A stretch of 64,000 nt of DNA from contig JASMLK010000067.1 in the NCBI GenBank assembly GCA_030748735.1, forward strand, positions 161 to 64,160, given 5' to 3'. The notes under the pieces are model-generated. The model ran no database searches and was not told where the DNA came from. It worked only from the letters and a program-made list of their open reading frames with translations. The stretch comes from Myxococcota bacterium (GTDB taxonomy: Bacteria > Myxococcota_A > UBA9160 > UBA4427). The position numbers and the translations under genes were made by a program. Below, in pieces: positions 36,423-46,171 of the stretch; positions within the stretch are counted from its first letter, which is position 1; each line of letters begins with the position of its first letter.

Positions 36423-37493
36423 CTACACGAACCCGAGGTTGTCACGGTCAGCCTCGAGATAGTCGAGCAGGAGCCGGTTCTTGGGGTTCGCGACACAATG
36501 ATTGTTGCAGTCGACGGAGGGGTTGATCGCGAAGAAGCGCTCCTTGTTCTCGTACCAGAAATCCTTGAAGCGCTGCTGCTTGATCGAGCCGAGGCAGCCA
36601 TTGTCGAGGTTGTAGGCCTTGTCCTGGCAGGCGTACACGTTCAGGTCGGCCCCGATCACCATCAGCATCTGGAGATAAGGGCACCAGCTGTAGTCCTTCT
36701 CGAATTTGTTCTCGAGATAGTGGTACGCGTCGTTCACTTCGAAGTTCTCGTCTTCGAAGTCTTCCTTCGCCTTCTGGATCTCGGCCTTCGCGGCGGAGTA
36801 GAACTCCTCGTGATAGCGGTTCGACTCAGCACCGTCGTTGCTCGTGATACAGGGCGACATCTTGACGCTCGCCACACCGATGTCTCGCATCCGCTTCGTG
36901 AAGTCGTAGATGTGCGGGGCGTTGTTCTTGTCGATGATGTAGCTGACACCCAACACGCAGCGACCGCCGAGCTTCTGGAACGTCTCCATGTTGCCGATCA
37001 CCCGGGCGAATTCCGTCTGCTTCACGCCGCGATACCGGGCGTAGCTCTGAGCGTCCCACCCATCGATCGAAACGCGTAGCCAGGTGGCATACTCGGAGAA
37101 CACTTCGGCGACTTCCCCCGTGAGGCGCGCGCCGTTCGTGAGAGACGCAAAGGACATGCGGCTCGCCGCCAGAGCCTTTGCGGCCTGAAGGAGGTGCTTG
37201 TAGTGGAAGGGATCGCCGCCTCCACTGAACGTCACTGCACGCACGCCCATCTCGTCGAGGTCGTCGATGATCTCGAGCATCTTTTCGAGGGGAATCGAGT
37301 CGCGGGTCACCATGTCCTGGCCGAGCTGCAGATCGTCGGCCTTGTAGGCGCAGTACCAGCACGAATGCGCGCACACGTTCGTGGGCTTGATGCGCACGTG
37401 GACGGGCGGGAGAATTTCGGAGTTCTCGCGCGGCAGCGAGTCGATCTTCTCCTTGTAGTGGAACGCTTTCAGCTTCGTGTACTTGAGACCCAT
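36423..37493 (-). CDS. radical SAM protein
   Basis: CAHSCWYC (CxxxCxxC) and GGGDP. Start set at the MGLKYT ATG. Confidence 0.8.
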   Translation of the reverse strand: MGLKYTKLKAFHYKEKIDSLPRENSEILPPVHVRIKPTNVCAHSCWYCAYKADDLQLGQDMVTRDSIPLEKMLEIIDDLDEMGVRAVTFSGGGDPFHYKHLLQAAKALAASRMSFASLTNGARLTGEVAEVFSEYATWLRVSIDGWDAQSYARYRGVKQTEFARVIGNMETFQKLGGRCVLGVSYIIDKNNAPHIYDFTKRMRDIGVASVKMSPCITSNDGAESNRYHEEFYSAAKAEIQKAKEDFEDENFEVNDAYHYLENKFEKDYSWCPYLQMLMVIGADLNVYACQDKAYNLDNGCLGSIKQQRFKDFWYENKERFFAINPSVDCNNHCVANPKNRLLLDYLEADRDNLGFV

Positions 37494-37554
37494 GATGGTT
37501 TCCTCGTGCTCGAACGTGTGGTCAGGCTGGCGATCGAAAAGCAGGCTTCGAACG

Positions 37555-38157
37555 TCAGTCCTCGAAGTAGATGAACTCGTAGTCGCCCGTGTAGCCGAAG
37601 GTGTCAAAGGCGAACCGCCACTCTTCGGGCCGCAGGAACGATTCGCAGGTGAGCGCCCAACACTGCAGGTTGAAGAGCTCGGCCTCATCGCGATAACTCT
37701 CGACCAGGACGAACTTCTGCTTGCCTACGCGTTCGATTTCGCCGAGCGCGGACGAAAGTTCGGGAAGGGTGAGGTTGTGCAGCGTGCCGACGCTGATCAC
37801 CAGATCGAAGGCGTCGTCTACGAAGGGGTAGGGGTCCTGGGCGCGTTGCAGGAAGCACTTCGAGCGGATTTCGACGGGCACCTCTTCGAGCGCGTGCTCG
37901 GAGACGTCGCATCCCACGACCTCCGCGTCTTCGAGCAACTTGTCGAGTTCGTACAGCAGGTGCGCCTTGCCACATCCCATGTCGAGAATGCGCGCGCCGC
38001 GTTGCGGCAAGGCGTATTCCTCGATGATCCGTTCGGCGACGGGCTTCCAGCGTCCGTCGTAGCGATAGCCCCCATAGCCGAAGCGACGGTCGCCATCCCA
38101 ATAGTCGAAGCCGTATTCGCGCGCGACCTTCATGCACGCAACCTTGTCGTCGTTCAT
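37555..38157 (-). CDS. class I SAM-dependent methyltransferase
   Basis: ARILDMGCGKAHLL. Start chosen at the ATG forming an ATGA overlap with the transketolase C-subunit stop; longer starts at 38223 and 38283 are possible. Confidence 0.75.
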   Translation of the reverse strand: MNDDKVACMKVAREYGFDYWDGDRRFGYGGYRYDGRWKPVAERIIEEYALPQRGARILDMGCGKAHLLYELDKLLEDAEVVGCDVSEHALEEVPVEIRSKCFLQRAQDPYPFVDDAFDLVISVGTLHNLTLPELSSALGEIERVGKQKFVLVESYRDEAELFNLQCWALTCESFLRPEEWRFAFDTFGYTGDYEFIYFED

Positions 38158-39197
38158 CCGGGCAAGGCAGTCCCTCTTTGTCCCTGTGTGGAGGGGTGTG
38201 ATGAGATCATTCGGCTCTGCCATTTGCCATCTCCCTTGCGTTGCATCGTGCCGAGACCCGCCACCGTGCGAGCGCTGCCACACAACTCGGCGACTGTTGC
38301 TTCGACGCGTTCCGCGGTAACCCCGAAGTCTTCGAGTTGCGAAGCCTGCGAGCCGTATCGCGTGGGATAGGCGTCGGGCAGGCCGATACGACGAAAATGC
38401 TTCGGGGTCGTGAAGCCCGCTTCGGCGATGAACTCCGCGACCGCACTTCCGAGCCCGCCGATGAGCGAGTGTTCTTCCACGCTCACGACAACGGGAACCG
38501 CTGCGATTCGTGCTTCGAGCGCGTCGAGATCGAGGGGTTTGACGGTTGGCAGGTGGAGTACCCCGGCGTCGATGCCTCGCTGGGCAAGACGCTTCGCGGC
38601 TTCGAGCGCAATGCGCGGACCGATCCCCGTCGTCACGATCACGGCGTCCGCACCTTCGCGCAGCGACACCGCCCGACCGATCTCGAAGGGGGCTTCCGGG
38701 TCGGTCACCACCGGGTCGTATCCCTTGGCGAGGCGGATGTAGATCGGCCCGTCGTGGTCGACACTCACGCGCATGAACTGCCGCATCTCTTCGGCGTCCG
38801 CGGGGGCCACGATCGTCATGTTGGGAAGGGCGCGCATGATGGCGAGGTCTTCGGTGGCTTCATGGGTGGGACCCAGCGGCGCATAGACGAGCCCACCACC
38901 GTTGCCGATCAAGCGAACCGGCAGATTCGCGTGGCACACGTCCATTGCGACCTGTTCGAACGAGCGCCGGGTCAGGAAGGTCGCGATCGTGTTCGCGTAG
39001 ACCACAGCACCTTCCATCGCGAGCCCGGCCGCCATCCCCACGAGGTTCATCTCGCTGATGCCTTCCATGTAGAAGCGGTCCGGCAGTTCGCTCTGCATTT
39101 CTGCAAGGGTTCCATGCCCGAGGTCCGAGCCCATGAAGACCACGCGCTCGTCGTGACGCGCGAGCTCGTGAACCATCTGAAGACACATCTTTCTCAT
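38154..39197 (-). CDS. transketolase-family protein, C-terminal (pyrimidine-binding) subunit
   Basis: FYMEGISEMNLVGMAAGLA...GPTHEATEDLAIMRALPNM. ATGA overlap with the N-subunit gene. Confidence 0.85.
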   Translation of the reverse strand: MRKMCLQMVHELARHDERVVFMGSDLGHGTLAEMQSELPDRFYMEGISEMNLVGMAAGLAMEGAVVYANTIATFLTRRSFEQVAMDVCHANLPVRLIGNGGGLVYAPLGPTHEATEDLAIMRALPNMTIVAPADAEEMRQFMRVSVDHDGPIYIRLAKGYDPVVTDPEAPFEIGRAVSLREGADAVIVTTGIGPRIALEAAKRLAQRGIDAGVLHLPTVKPLDLDALEARIAAVPVVVSVEEHSLIGGLGSAVAEFIAEAGFTTPKHFRRIGLPDAYPTRYGSQASQLEDFGVTAERVEATVAELCGSARTVAGLGTMQRKGDGKWQSRMISSHPSTQGQRGTALPG

Positions 39198-40054
39198 CGA
39201 TAGGAGCCCAATGCAGCGCGGTAGCCCGCGATTTCGTCGTCGTTCATGCCGCTCTTGTGGTGGTAGGCGGTGTTGAACTCGGCTTCGGGGATCCCCTTGC
39301 CCTTGACCGTATGCGCGATCACGACGTTCGGACGTCGGCCATCGAAAGGCAGCGCGTTGAAGGTGGCGCGCAAGCCGCGCACGTCGTGCCCGTCGACTTC
39401 CTGGACCGCACAGCCGAAGCTTCGCCACTTGTCCGCAAACGGTTCGAGGTCCTGGACTTCGCGCGTGGTCCCGTAGGACTGGCACTTGTTGTAGTCGACC
39501 ACGAAGGTGAGGTTCGAAAGGCCGTGCTTGCCGGCGCTCATCGCAGCTTCCCACACCGAACCCTCGTTGCATTCACCGTCGCCGAGGACCACGACGACAC
39601 GATGCTTCGAGTTCGTCCTCATGCCGTGGAGCGCCATTCCGGCGCCAATCGATGCACCATGGCCGAGGCTTCCCGTCGAGGCTTCGACACCGGGCACCTT
39701 CTTGTGGTCGGGATGCCCGCCCAGGATGCCGTCCGGCGCACAAAACTTCGCGAGTTCGTCGCGCGGAAAGAAGCCCTTGTCGGCCAGCACGACGTAGAGG
39801 GCCAGGCAGCCATGGCCCTTGCTCAAGATGAAGCGATCGCGGCCGCTCCAGTCCGGACGTGCCGCGTCGTAGCGGAGGATGTCGTCATAGAGAACGCGGA
39901 TGATCTCGATCAGCGAAAACGTCGAGCCGAGATGTCCCCGGCGACTGCTTTCGAAGATCTCGAGCACGTCCTCGCGCAGTGCTTTGCTTCGCGTGTCGAG
40001 TGGCGTGGCGAGTCCGCGCCAGTCGACGGCGTTGGGTCGGCGCTGTAGATCCAT
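39194..40054 (-). CDS. transketolase-family protein, N-terminal (ThDP-binding) subunit
   Basis: GHLGSTFS, SKGHG, GSLGHG and GDGECNEG ThDP motifs. Start at the MDLQRR ATG. Confidence 0.85.
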   Translation of the reverse strand: MDLQRRPNAVDWRGLATPLDTRSKALREDVLEIFESSRRGHLGSTFSLIEIIRVLYDDILRYDAARPDWSGRDRFILSKGHGCLALYVVLADKGFFPRDELAKFCAPDGILGGHPDHKKVPGVEASTGSLGHGASIGAGMALHGMRTNSKHRVVVVLGDGECNEGSVWEAAMSAGKHGLSNLTFVVDYNKCQSYGTTREVQDLEPFADKWRSFGCAVQEVDGHDVRGLRATFNALPFDGRRPNVVIAHTVKGKGIPEAEFNTAYHHKSGMNDDEIAGYRAALGSYR

Positions 40055-40061
40055 CGTTGAT

Positions 40062-41159
40062 TCAACTCCGGGATTCGGCGGCATGGGGAAAGCGTTGGAC
40101 GGATGCGATGCCCGTTTCGAGCATCTGCCTGGCCTGATCGAGCTGGTCCTCGAGGAGGCTCTCGTCGGGGCCAAGGAGACAACGTGCGTGGTCGCGCCTT
40201 GCGCGATGTTCCGCGACGAACTCGTTCAGCAGAATCGTCGACCACTTGAGCGCGTGAAGGGGAAATACGATCGGGACGCGCCATGCGATGTCGTCACCAC
40301 ACGAATGTCGACTGCACATCTCGCCGAAGAAGCGGGCTCGAAACGCGTCATCGAGATCGAAGCCCGGATGCAGCAGGAAGTCGCTCACCAGCTTTGCGGG
40401 ATCGTCCCAGCCGAAGTGCTCGAAATCGAGAAAGGCGATCGAGCCGTCGAGGCTTCGGCGCGCGTTGTGAAAGCCGAAGTCCGATGGACTCAGCGTGGCA
40501 GTTCGCTCGCCGAGCGTTGCCCCGCACGTCTCACCGCGTAGGGCCATCAGGTCCTGTGCCCGTTCGATCATCGAATCGACGCCCGGCTCCAGCTCCGCTT
40601 CGAGAAACTCGCGAAGGCGCGCGTGTACGGGCGAGATCACGGGGTCTGCGGCGAGACGAAGGCCGCCGAGCCGGCGGCGCAGGTGTTCGAAGGCCGCTTC
40701 TACCGAGAGGCACGCCTCGGAAGCGTGTCCGAGCGCCCTGCTCGCGGGCTCGTGCTTGCAGCGATCGAGCTCGACCAGGAAGTCCACCGCCACATCGATG
40801 TCGGCCTCGACGATGCCGTCACGCGAGAGCGGAAAGCCCTCGACGTAGCGGAGCACCGAGTAGCCCCCACCCGGATCGGTAAGAACCGGCTCGGGAATCG
40901 CGCGGATCCCATGCCGCCACATGAAGCGAAGTGCGGCGAACTCGCGACCCCGACGTTCATCGCGTGAGTCGTCGGCCCCTTCGGGATAGATCTTTGCGAC
41001 GTAGCTCCCACCACCCGCACACTCCAGGCGATAGACACGCGCGTTGCGACCGCCGCGAAGCGGCTCGAGAGACACCACCCCACCGTCGCCAATGCGCGAA
41101 AGCCCCGGTGAGAGAAGCGCGTAGTCGTACTCGATCGTCGAAGGCGCCGCGGAACTCAT
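40062..41159 (-). CDS. aminoglycoside/choline-kinase-like phosphotransferase (APH family)
   Basis: Brenner-like SPSDFGFHN and DFEHFGWDD motifs. ATGA overlap with the upstream gene. Confidence 0.75.
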   Translation of the reverse strand: MSSAAPSTIEYDYALLSPGLSRIGDGGVVSLEPLRGGRNARVYRLECAGGGSYVAKIYPEGADDSRDERRGREFAALRFMWRHGIRAIPEPVLTDPGGGYSVLRYVEGFPLSRDGIVEADIDVAVDFLVELDRCKHEPASRALGHASEACLSVEAAFEHLRRRLGGLRLAADPVISPVHARLREFLEAELEPGVDSMIERAQDLMALRGETCGATLGERTATLSPSDFGFHNARRSLDGSIAFLDFEHFGWDDPAKLVSDFLLHPGFDLDDAFRARFFGEMCSRHSCGDDIAWRVPIVFPLHALKWSTILLNEFVAEHRARRDHARCLLGPDESLLEDQLDQARQMLETGIASVQRFPHAAESRS

Positions 41160-42184
41160 GTCACTGCGAGCTCCTGCATTCGACGGATGTTGTAGTAGCG
41201 CGTCGCGTCCATGGGGTCGGGGACCTGGCCGGCCTCGAAGGCGTCGACGAGGCTCTTCACCGCATCTTCGACGGTTCGCTTCGCCTCGAAGCCGAGTACG
41301 TCGCGGATCTTCTGCGAGTTGATGTGGTACGAACGATCGTCGTCGCTCGGGACGCGTTCGATCTCGATTGCCGGATCGTCTACGACCCGGCGCACGAGCT
41401 CCGCAATCTCGTCGACCGGCAGGTTCTGGTAGCCGGCGTTGAAGGCTTCGCCGTCGATCTTGTCGCCGGGGGCTTCGAGGAGCGCCAGGTAGGTGTCTAC
41501 CATGTCGTCGATGTGGATGTTGGGCCGCAGCTGCCCGCCACCGAAGATCTTGATGCGACGATTCGCGATCGCATGGGCGGTGAGGATGTTGACCACCACA
41601 TCGAGGCGCAGACGCGGTGCGTAGCCACACACCGTGGCGGGCCGCAGAATGACGCGCTCCATTGCGCGCGCACCTGCGTGGTCGAGAAGCATGTGCTCGC
41701 AGTCGAGCTTGAAACGCGAATAGTCGGTCAGCGGCAGCGGGTTGGCGTCTTCGCGAACATCCGGTCGTTCTTGAACACCGTAGATGCTCGACGAACTCGC
41801 GTATACGAAGCGGCGCACGTCCGCCGCGACCGCTGCATCGAGTAGCGGCGTGAAGGCGTCCCGGTTGATAGACGTACCGAGCTGCGGGGCGAGGTCGAAA
41901 CTCGGATCGTTCGAAATACAGGCGAGGTGGAGCACCGCATCCTGGCCCTCGAGTTCCTTGCCGAGCCCTTCGGCGTTGCGGATGTCGAGTTCCACGAGCG
42001 AGAGGTTCGGATGACTTCTGACGCTCTCGAGCACTTCACGTCCGTACCAGAAGAGATCCACCACCTTGACCCGGTAGCCCTCCTGCAAGAGGCGCGGCAC
42101 GAGGGCGCTGCCCACGTAGCCGCCACCACCGGTGATCAGGACACGCTCGAGGCCATTGGGATTCGAACAGCTGGTGTCGCTCAT
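41156..42184 (-). CDS. NAD-dependent epimerase/dehydratase (SDR)
   Basis: VLITGGGGYVGSAL and YxxxK-like YSRFK. Confidence 0.85.
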   Translation of the reverse strand: MSDTSCSNPNGLERVLITGGGGYVGSALVPRLLQEGYRVKVVDLFWYGREVLESVRSHPNLSLVELDIRNAEGLGKELEGQDAVLHLACISNDPSFDLAPQLGTSINRDAFTPLLDAAVAADVRRFVYASSSSIYGVQERPDVREDANPLPLTDYSRFKLDCEHMLLDHAGARAMERVILRPATVCGYAPRLRLDVVVNILTAHAIANRRIKIFGGGQLRPNIHIDDMVDTYLALLEAPGDKIDGEAFNAGYQNLPVDEIAELVRRVVDDPAIEIERVPSDDDRSYHINSQKIRDVLGFEAKRTVEDAVKSLVDAFEAGQVPDPMDATRYYNIRRMQELAVT

Positions 42185-43221
42185 TGCGTAGAGGTCTCCT
42201 GGGCAGCGAACTCCGGGTCGGTGGCTCGCGCACGCGCTTCTTCGGCGTACTGCAGCTGCGTCCAGAGTTCGGGAATGGTGTTCGCGTGACTGCCGCGCAC
42301 GTAGTGTCCGCGCCCGCCGTCGGCGACCGAGCGGATCAACAAGGTCTTCAACGGGCGGAAGTAGTACGCCGGCTCGTCGGGCGAAGGTTCGACGGAGTGC
42401 GGCTGTGGAACCGGCATCAAGTCGCAGACCAGTGAGTCGAAGTCGGCGATGCGTCCACCCGCCTGGTGGGCGACGTTACGCGCCATCGCGAGCGCCTTCA
42501 GAAAGACTTCCGGGGCCATGACGGCACAACCGAACGTCCCGACGACGCCACCTTCGAGGTTCTCGACCACCGAGGCGAAACGAAGGAAGTCGTGGTAGCT
42601 CGCGGCTCCCCACGCGGCCCCGTCGCAATTCGGGTGCTCGTAGACGATGTCGTAGCCGATGCCCACGTGGACGGTGACCGGAATGCCGAGGCGGTACGCA
42701 GCCGCGAGCAAGCTCGCTTCCCTCCTCGGAAAATCCCCTTCGGCGATCAGCTGCCCCGCCGTTTCGCCGAGCCCCGCGTTACGGCTCGCGGCAAGCTTGG
42801 CGATCTCGTTGATCTCACCCGTCTCACGCCAGAGTCCGAATTGACCACTTCGCAGATAGGTTTGAACGTCTTCGGTGGATGCGCCGGCGAGTGCGAATTC
42901 GTAGTCGTGGATCAGCCCCGCGCCGTTGAGCGCAATGCAGGAGACGAACCCCCGCTCCATCAAGTCGATCAGGTAGGCCTGAACACCAGCGCGAATCACA
43001 TGCCCGCCGAGCATCAGGATCACCGACGCCTCGCGAGCGCGAGCATCGAGCATTGCAGCGGCAACGTCGCGAAGCGCTGGCGTGCGCATCTCGACGGCGT
43101 CGAGCTTGCGCCTCCCGTCCAGGCCGAGCTTGTGTTCGCGTGCCGCGAGGGGAAGAACGCGCAAGCGCGAACGATCGAAGGGCGCAACACCCGGCTCGCG
43201 AAGTTTGGTCTGCGTTTCCAT
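42181..43221 (-). CDS. conserved hypothetical protein, possibly deoxyhypusine-synthase-like (DHS-like NAD-binding fold)
   Basis: 346-aa ORF. LMLGGHVIRAGVQAYLIDLMERGFVSCIALNGAGLIHD resembles the DHS family pattern from memory only. Confidence 0.6.
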   Translation of the reverse strand: METQTKLREPGVAPFDRSRLRVLPLAAREHKLGLDGRRKLDAVEMRTPALRDVAAAMLDARAREASVILMLGGHVIRAGVQAYLIDLMERGFVSCIALNGAGLIHDYEFALAGASTEDVQTYLRSGQFGLWRETGEINEIAKLAASRNAGLGETAGQLIAEGDFPRREASLLAAAYRLGIPVTVHVGIGYDIVYEHPNCDGAAWGAASYHDFLRFASVVENLEGGVVGTFGCAVMAPEVFLKALAMARNVAHQAGGRIADFDSLVCDLMPVPQPHSVEPSPDEPAYYFRPLKTLLIRSVADGGRGHYVRGSHANTIPELWTQLQYAEEARARATDPEFAAQETSTQ

Positions 43222-43238
43222 GTGCAGGTCTCCTCGCG

Positions 43239-44492
43239 CTACTTCAAGAGCGAATCGATCTGGCGAAAGACCGATGTCGTTTCGGGCGCTTCATCTGCGG
43301 GCACGGTCATCGCTGCACTGCGTGCGACGTTGCCGAGAAACCCCATCGCTCTGGGTCCGAGGCCCAGGGCCAATGCAGCACTCGCGTAAGCGACGAACGC
43401 CTCGCGTCCACCGCTCGCGTCGACCTGGTTCACCGGGTTCACGGGAAAGGCCGGGATTTCGACCCGAACGCCACGGGTGCGATCGCGCACCGCGGCTGCA
43501 CCGCTGGTTCGCAGCGCAATCGTTTCGTCGAATACGGAAGCGACAGCAGAACCCAGAGATTCGTCGCAGATCATCAGATCGGGGCCAACGTCGTGCCAGC
43601 CATCGGCGGCGACCGCGTCGTTGCCCACGAGGTCGACGGCGAGGACACGTGCGCAAGCGCGAATGCGGCGACGATCGGCCGGCGCGAGCAAACGCGCTTC
43701 GCGGCTGGCCACGATTGCGAGGTCGCATTCCTCGATGTCGGCCGAAGACGCAACCGTGAGCTGGTCGCACAGGCCTTCGAGCACGCGCGCGACACCATCC
43801 GCACCGACGATGCAGACGCGAAGTTCGCGAAGCCGCCTCAATGCAGAAACGAGTGCGTCTCCGCCCGTTTCGGCGCGCACCGTCGCAAGGAAGTCACGCG
43901 TCCGCTCGTCGAATGTGTCGGTATGGCGGTTGATCAACGCCGATGCACTGTGGAGTTCGGTGTCACTCAGGACCATCCGCCCACCCACGGCCGCTACCGC
44001 TTCCTGCTCGCTGTCGATCGCTCCGTTTCGATCTCTCGGGCCGCTTCCCGCCACCATGCCCTTCATGAACACGGCGGGACGCAAGAGCTTGATGGTCTCG
44101 ACCGCCGTGGGCCATTCGTTGACGCACACCGTGTCGACGCACTCGAGCGCGGCCAGCGCTTCAGCGCGGGTCTGCGCGTCGAAGGCAGGGCGGTGGGGGC
44201 CCTTGTTGACGAAGTGATCCGGCGTGAGGGTCACGACGAGGTGATCACCGAGTCGTCGCGCCTCTGCGAGGTGTCGAATGTGCCCGATGTGCAGCAGGTC
44301 GAAGACACCATGGCAGTGCACCAGGCGCCGGGTTCGCACCTCGCGACACGCGAGTTCGTGGGCGAATTCGTGAAGGCTCTTGATCTTCGACGCGCGCTTT
44401 CGGTTGCGTCGCAGATCGCGCCAGCGAAAGATGCTCCGAGCAGGTCGCGACGGATCGAAGCGACCCGGAGGCGGCGTGGTTGCTTGCGTCAT
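43239..44492 (-). CDS. cytidylyl/adenylyltransferase fused to a degenerate PfkB-like domain (paralogue of 27142-28707)
   Basis: CHGVFDLLHIGHIRHL at the N-terminus. The C-terminal motif DASGGREAF stands where PfkB kinases have DTxGAGDAF. Confidence 0.75.
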   Translation of the reverse strand: MTQATTPPPGRFDPSRPARSIFRWRDLRRNRKRASKIKSLHEFAHELACREVRTRRLVHCHGVFDLLHIGHIRHLAEARRLGDHLVVTLTPDHFVNKGPHRPAFDAQTRAEALAALECVDTVCVNEWPTAVETIKLLRPAVFMKGMVAGSGPRDRNGAIDSEQEAVAAVGGRMVLSDTELHSASALINRHTDTFDERTRDFLATVRAETGGDALVSALRRLRELRVCIVGADGVARVLEGLCDQLTVASSADIEECDLAIVASREARLLAPADRRRIRACARVLAVDLVGNDAVAADGWHDVGPDLMICDESLGSAVASVFDETIALRTSGAAAVRDRTRGVRVEIPAFPVNPVNQVDASGGREAFVAYASAALALGLGPRAMGFLGNVARSAAMTVPADEAPETTSVFRQIDSLLK

Positions 44493-45232
44493 GTGTTCGG
44501 CGCGTCCCAGGAAACGGGAGGCGGCTCGGGGTCTTCGTCTCGCTTACGATTGCCGAGACGCACCCAGCCACCCGGTTCCGCCTGGACGCGCCGCTCGCTG
44601 TCCGGGCGGGACGTGTTTGCAGACTGAGCGTCGCTCCGGGCGATCTCGGCCATGCAACAGGTCGTCAAGATGTGGTTGAAGATCAGGTGCATGTCTTCGA
44701 CGAGGCCGTAGGCGCCCGGTGGCGAGGCCACGTGAATGGACACGTCGGCCGCGCGTCGCAGTGCGCCCCCATCGAAACCCGAGATTCCGATCACCTCTGC
44801 TCGCGCACGCTTCGCGCACGCCACCGCGCGCACGATGTTCGGCGAATCGCCGCTGGCCGAAAACGCCATCAAGACGTCGTCGCGTGTGATCACGCCTTCG
44901 AGCTGGGCCGAAAAGACCTCCTCGTACGAAATGTCGTTGGCCACGGCCGTCGTGATCGCAGCATTGTCGGAAAGACACTGAACGTCGAAACCCGGATGCC
45001 CGCGCCTGCGCAGCCCCACGCCCATGTCGGTGCACAGATGAGCGGCCGTCGCGGCACTTCCCCCGTTGCCGATCACGAAGATCCGAGCGCGTCGCTTGCG
45101 CGCGCGATCGAGGGTCGCGATCACGCGCTCGATCGCGAGCGGGTCGATCGCTTCGAGGGCGCGGGTCAGATCAGCGACGTAACGCTCGACGATTTCTCGG
45201 GCCCCATTGGGAGTCACGGTTTTCCTCCGCAC
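44489..45232 (-). CDS. gmhA: SIS-domain sedoheptulose-7-phosphate isomerase-like protein
   Basis: IFVIGNGGSAATAAHL and FSASGDSPNIV, typical of GmhA/DiaA. The symbol is tentative. Confidence 0.75.
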   Translation of the reverse strand: MRRKTVTPNGAREIVERYVADLTRALEAIDPLAIERVIATLDRARKRRARIFVIGNGGSAATAAHLCTDMGVGLRRRGHPGFDVQCLSDNAAITTAVANDISYEEVFSAQLEGVITRDDVLMAFSASGDSPNIVRAVACAKRARAEVIGISGFDGGALRRAADVSIHVASPPGAYGLVEDMHLIFNHILTTCCMAEIARSDAQSANTSRPDSERRVQAEPGGWVRLGNRKRDEDPEPPPVSWDAPNT

Positions 45233-45400
45233 ACGCCGGCGATGAATGAGCCGGCTCTGCGGGGATTCGTAACGACCACAGCAATGCGCAACTTGAGTGG
45301 GATCGGAATGATTCCGCTGGGATAGAAGTCGCGAATGCGACCTCCTGCGTACGCATCTCGTGCCGGCGGGAGCGGTCGGCGGTTGCTGAAGAGAATCGAC

Positions 45401-46153
45401 CTATCGGGTGCGAGGACCTGCGGCGACCGACCATACGTAGTGCGACATCGGCCCGAAGCCCGTGTGGAGCACTTCGTCGTTCATCCCGAACATGAAGACG
45501 TTTTCGAACCGCGCCTGCATGGTTTCTCGTAGCTCATCGAAGCTCTTGAGATTGATATGGTGAATCTTGCTCTGCGCTGAGGCGTAGTCGGCGGCGGTGA
45601 TGTTCGGTGTGCCCGTCACCATCACTCCACCCGGTTCGAGGCAAGCCATCAGGTTGTCGAGAAAGCACTCTTCGCGTTCGGGTTCGATGTGTTCGATCAC
45701 GTCGACCCAGTAGATGGCGTCGAAGGTCTGGGCGGTCGGCGCTTCGTTGAAATCGTGCAGGCCGTAGGTGACGTTCGTGAGATGCGAAAGCCGTTCGGCG
45801 TTTCCGTCGAGCTGACGTTGGTCCCAGTCGACCGCGTGAACGTGACCGACCGACTGGGCCACGAGCGGAAGCCCGAGGGCGTCGCCACAGCCCACTTCGA
45901 GCACGCGTTGTTTCCCGGCGAGCATCTTCGCGCAGAACTTGTAGCGGCCGAGCACGAAGGCCAGATGCCTGGGGTCGTTGCGCAGATCATCAGACGCCCA
46001 GGGGCCGAGCGTGATGCCATCGCTTTCGATCCGCGAACCCATCGCGGCTTCGTAGGCCTCGCGGGCGTTCACCGACGCGGATCCGGGTGCGTCACTCATC
46101 GACATCGCGCTTCTCCTGCCTGGTCGGACGCGCATCAGTGCGCACAGACACAC
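45401..46153 (-). CDS. class I SAM-dependent methyltransferase
   Basis: RVLEVGCGDALGL. Start uncertain (the MSMSD ATG at 46105 is plausible). Confidence 0.75.
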   Translation of the reverse strand: MCLCALMRVRPGRRSAMSMSDAPGSASVNAREAYEAAMGSRIESDGITLGPWASDDLRNDPRHLAFVLGRYKFCAKMLAGKQRVLEVGCGDALGLPLVAQSVGHVHAVDWDQRQLDGNAERLSHLTNVTYGLHDFNEAPTAQTFDAIYWVDVIEHIEPEREECFLDNLMACLEPGGVMVTGTPNITAADYASAQSKIHHINLKSFDELRETMQARFENVFMFGMNDEVLHTGFGPMSHYVWSVAAGPRTR

Positions 46154-46171
46154 GCAGGCGATCGGCAGGGC

